From Barthelona sp. PCE (taxonomy: Eukaryota), in NCBI GenBank assembly GCA_040285745.1, contig JAUFOR010000005.1, positions 186,001-250,000 of the forward strand: DNA of 64,000 nucleotides, in the 5' to 3' direction. Below, piece by piece: positions 63,479-64,000 of this stretch. The position numbers and the translations under genes were made by a program. Numbering within the stretch: position 1 is the stretch's first letter; each line of letters starts with the position of its first letter. The notes under the pieces are model-generated. The model was given only the letters and a program-made list of their open reading frames with translations, made no database searches and was not told the origin of the DNA.

Positions 63479-64000
63479 TAATAAATGTATGTTTTTGAGC
63501 TTTTTTTTTAATAGTAAAAATGTTCTTTATTGTGTTAACTCTTTCAAAAAAAACGTTGTTGAGGTTTTGTTTTGTTTATTTCTTCTTTTTCTTCTTTTAA
63601 TTTTATCTCACTGTTTTGCTTTTCATCAATAAATTCAATAGTTATGTCAATAATGAACTCATTTGTATTAAAACACTTTATTTGTTGGTAAAGATGACTG
63701 TCCCTCGTTTCACGAATTATAGATTTAAAGCACAAATGTGTAAATGAAATCAAACAGCATGTAATATCTGTACATATGTGATAGTATATTTAGATAACTC
63801 AAACCGCAAACAATTTTTTGGAAAAAAAAGCTGTTAATGAGTTTTTTCTTTCTTATCACTTTTTTTGACATTTAGTGCTTCACTATCACAAAAGCCATGA
63901 TAAAATGTGAATAAAAGTGATAACAACACAATCAACTTAAAAATGTTTTGCGTAAAATTTTGTTGCTATTTTAAAGTTTGTTCACTTTTTATTGAGAATG

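Noticed and set aside
63544-63753. 69-aa minus ORF at the window end
   Set aside because: Non-ATG start, low complexity and AT-rich; cannot be supported.

Overview
Eukaryotic, AT-rich, very gene-dense and intron-poor DNA in the standard genetic code, most consistent with a compact protist genome (the intron architecture resembles metamonads; the taxon cannot be fixed from this window). Recognisable genes: two tandem ERMP1/PFF1-type M28 peptidases, CK2 beta, BCD1/ZNHIT6, a WD40 protein, a Cys-rich surface protein, PTEN, ALG10, V-ATPase subunit a, a FYVE-like protein, RBM42, NOP56, SRP19, an ASCC2-like protein and SSU72. Three spliceosomal introns can be read directly. Two are exactly 42 nt, and one is a 124-nt structured start-codon intron in NOP56; all three have the branch point fixed next to the 3' AG. 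At least 8 genes belong to an unrecognised, highly diverged family (start MP[RK]/MSR, shared C-terminal motif). The most striking structure is at 52.5-59.8 kb: two inverted copies of a tRNA-Glu(CTC) + 295-bp repeat module (1 unit left, 9 tandem units right) enclose one family gene, and each outer end lands just downstream of the stop of another family gene. A mosaic of gene fragments including a pseudokinase lies at 14.2-18.1 kb. All homology calls are by eye; no searches were run.
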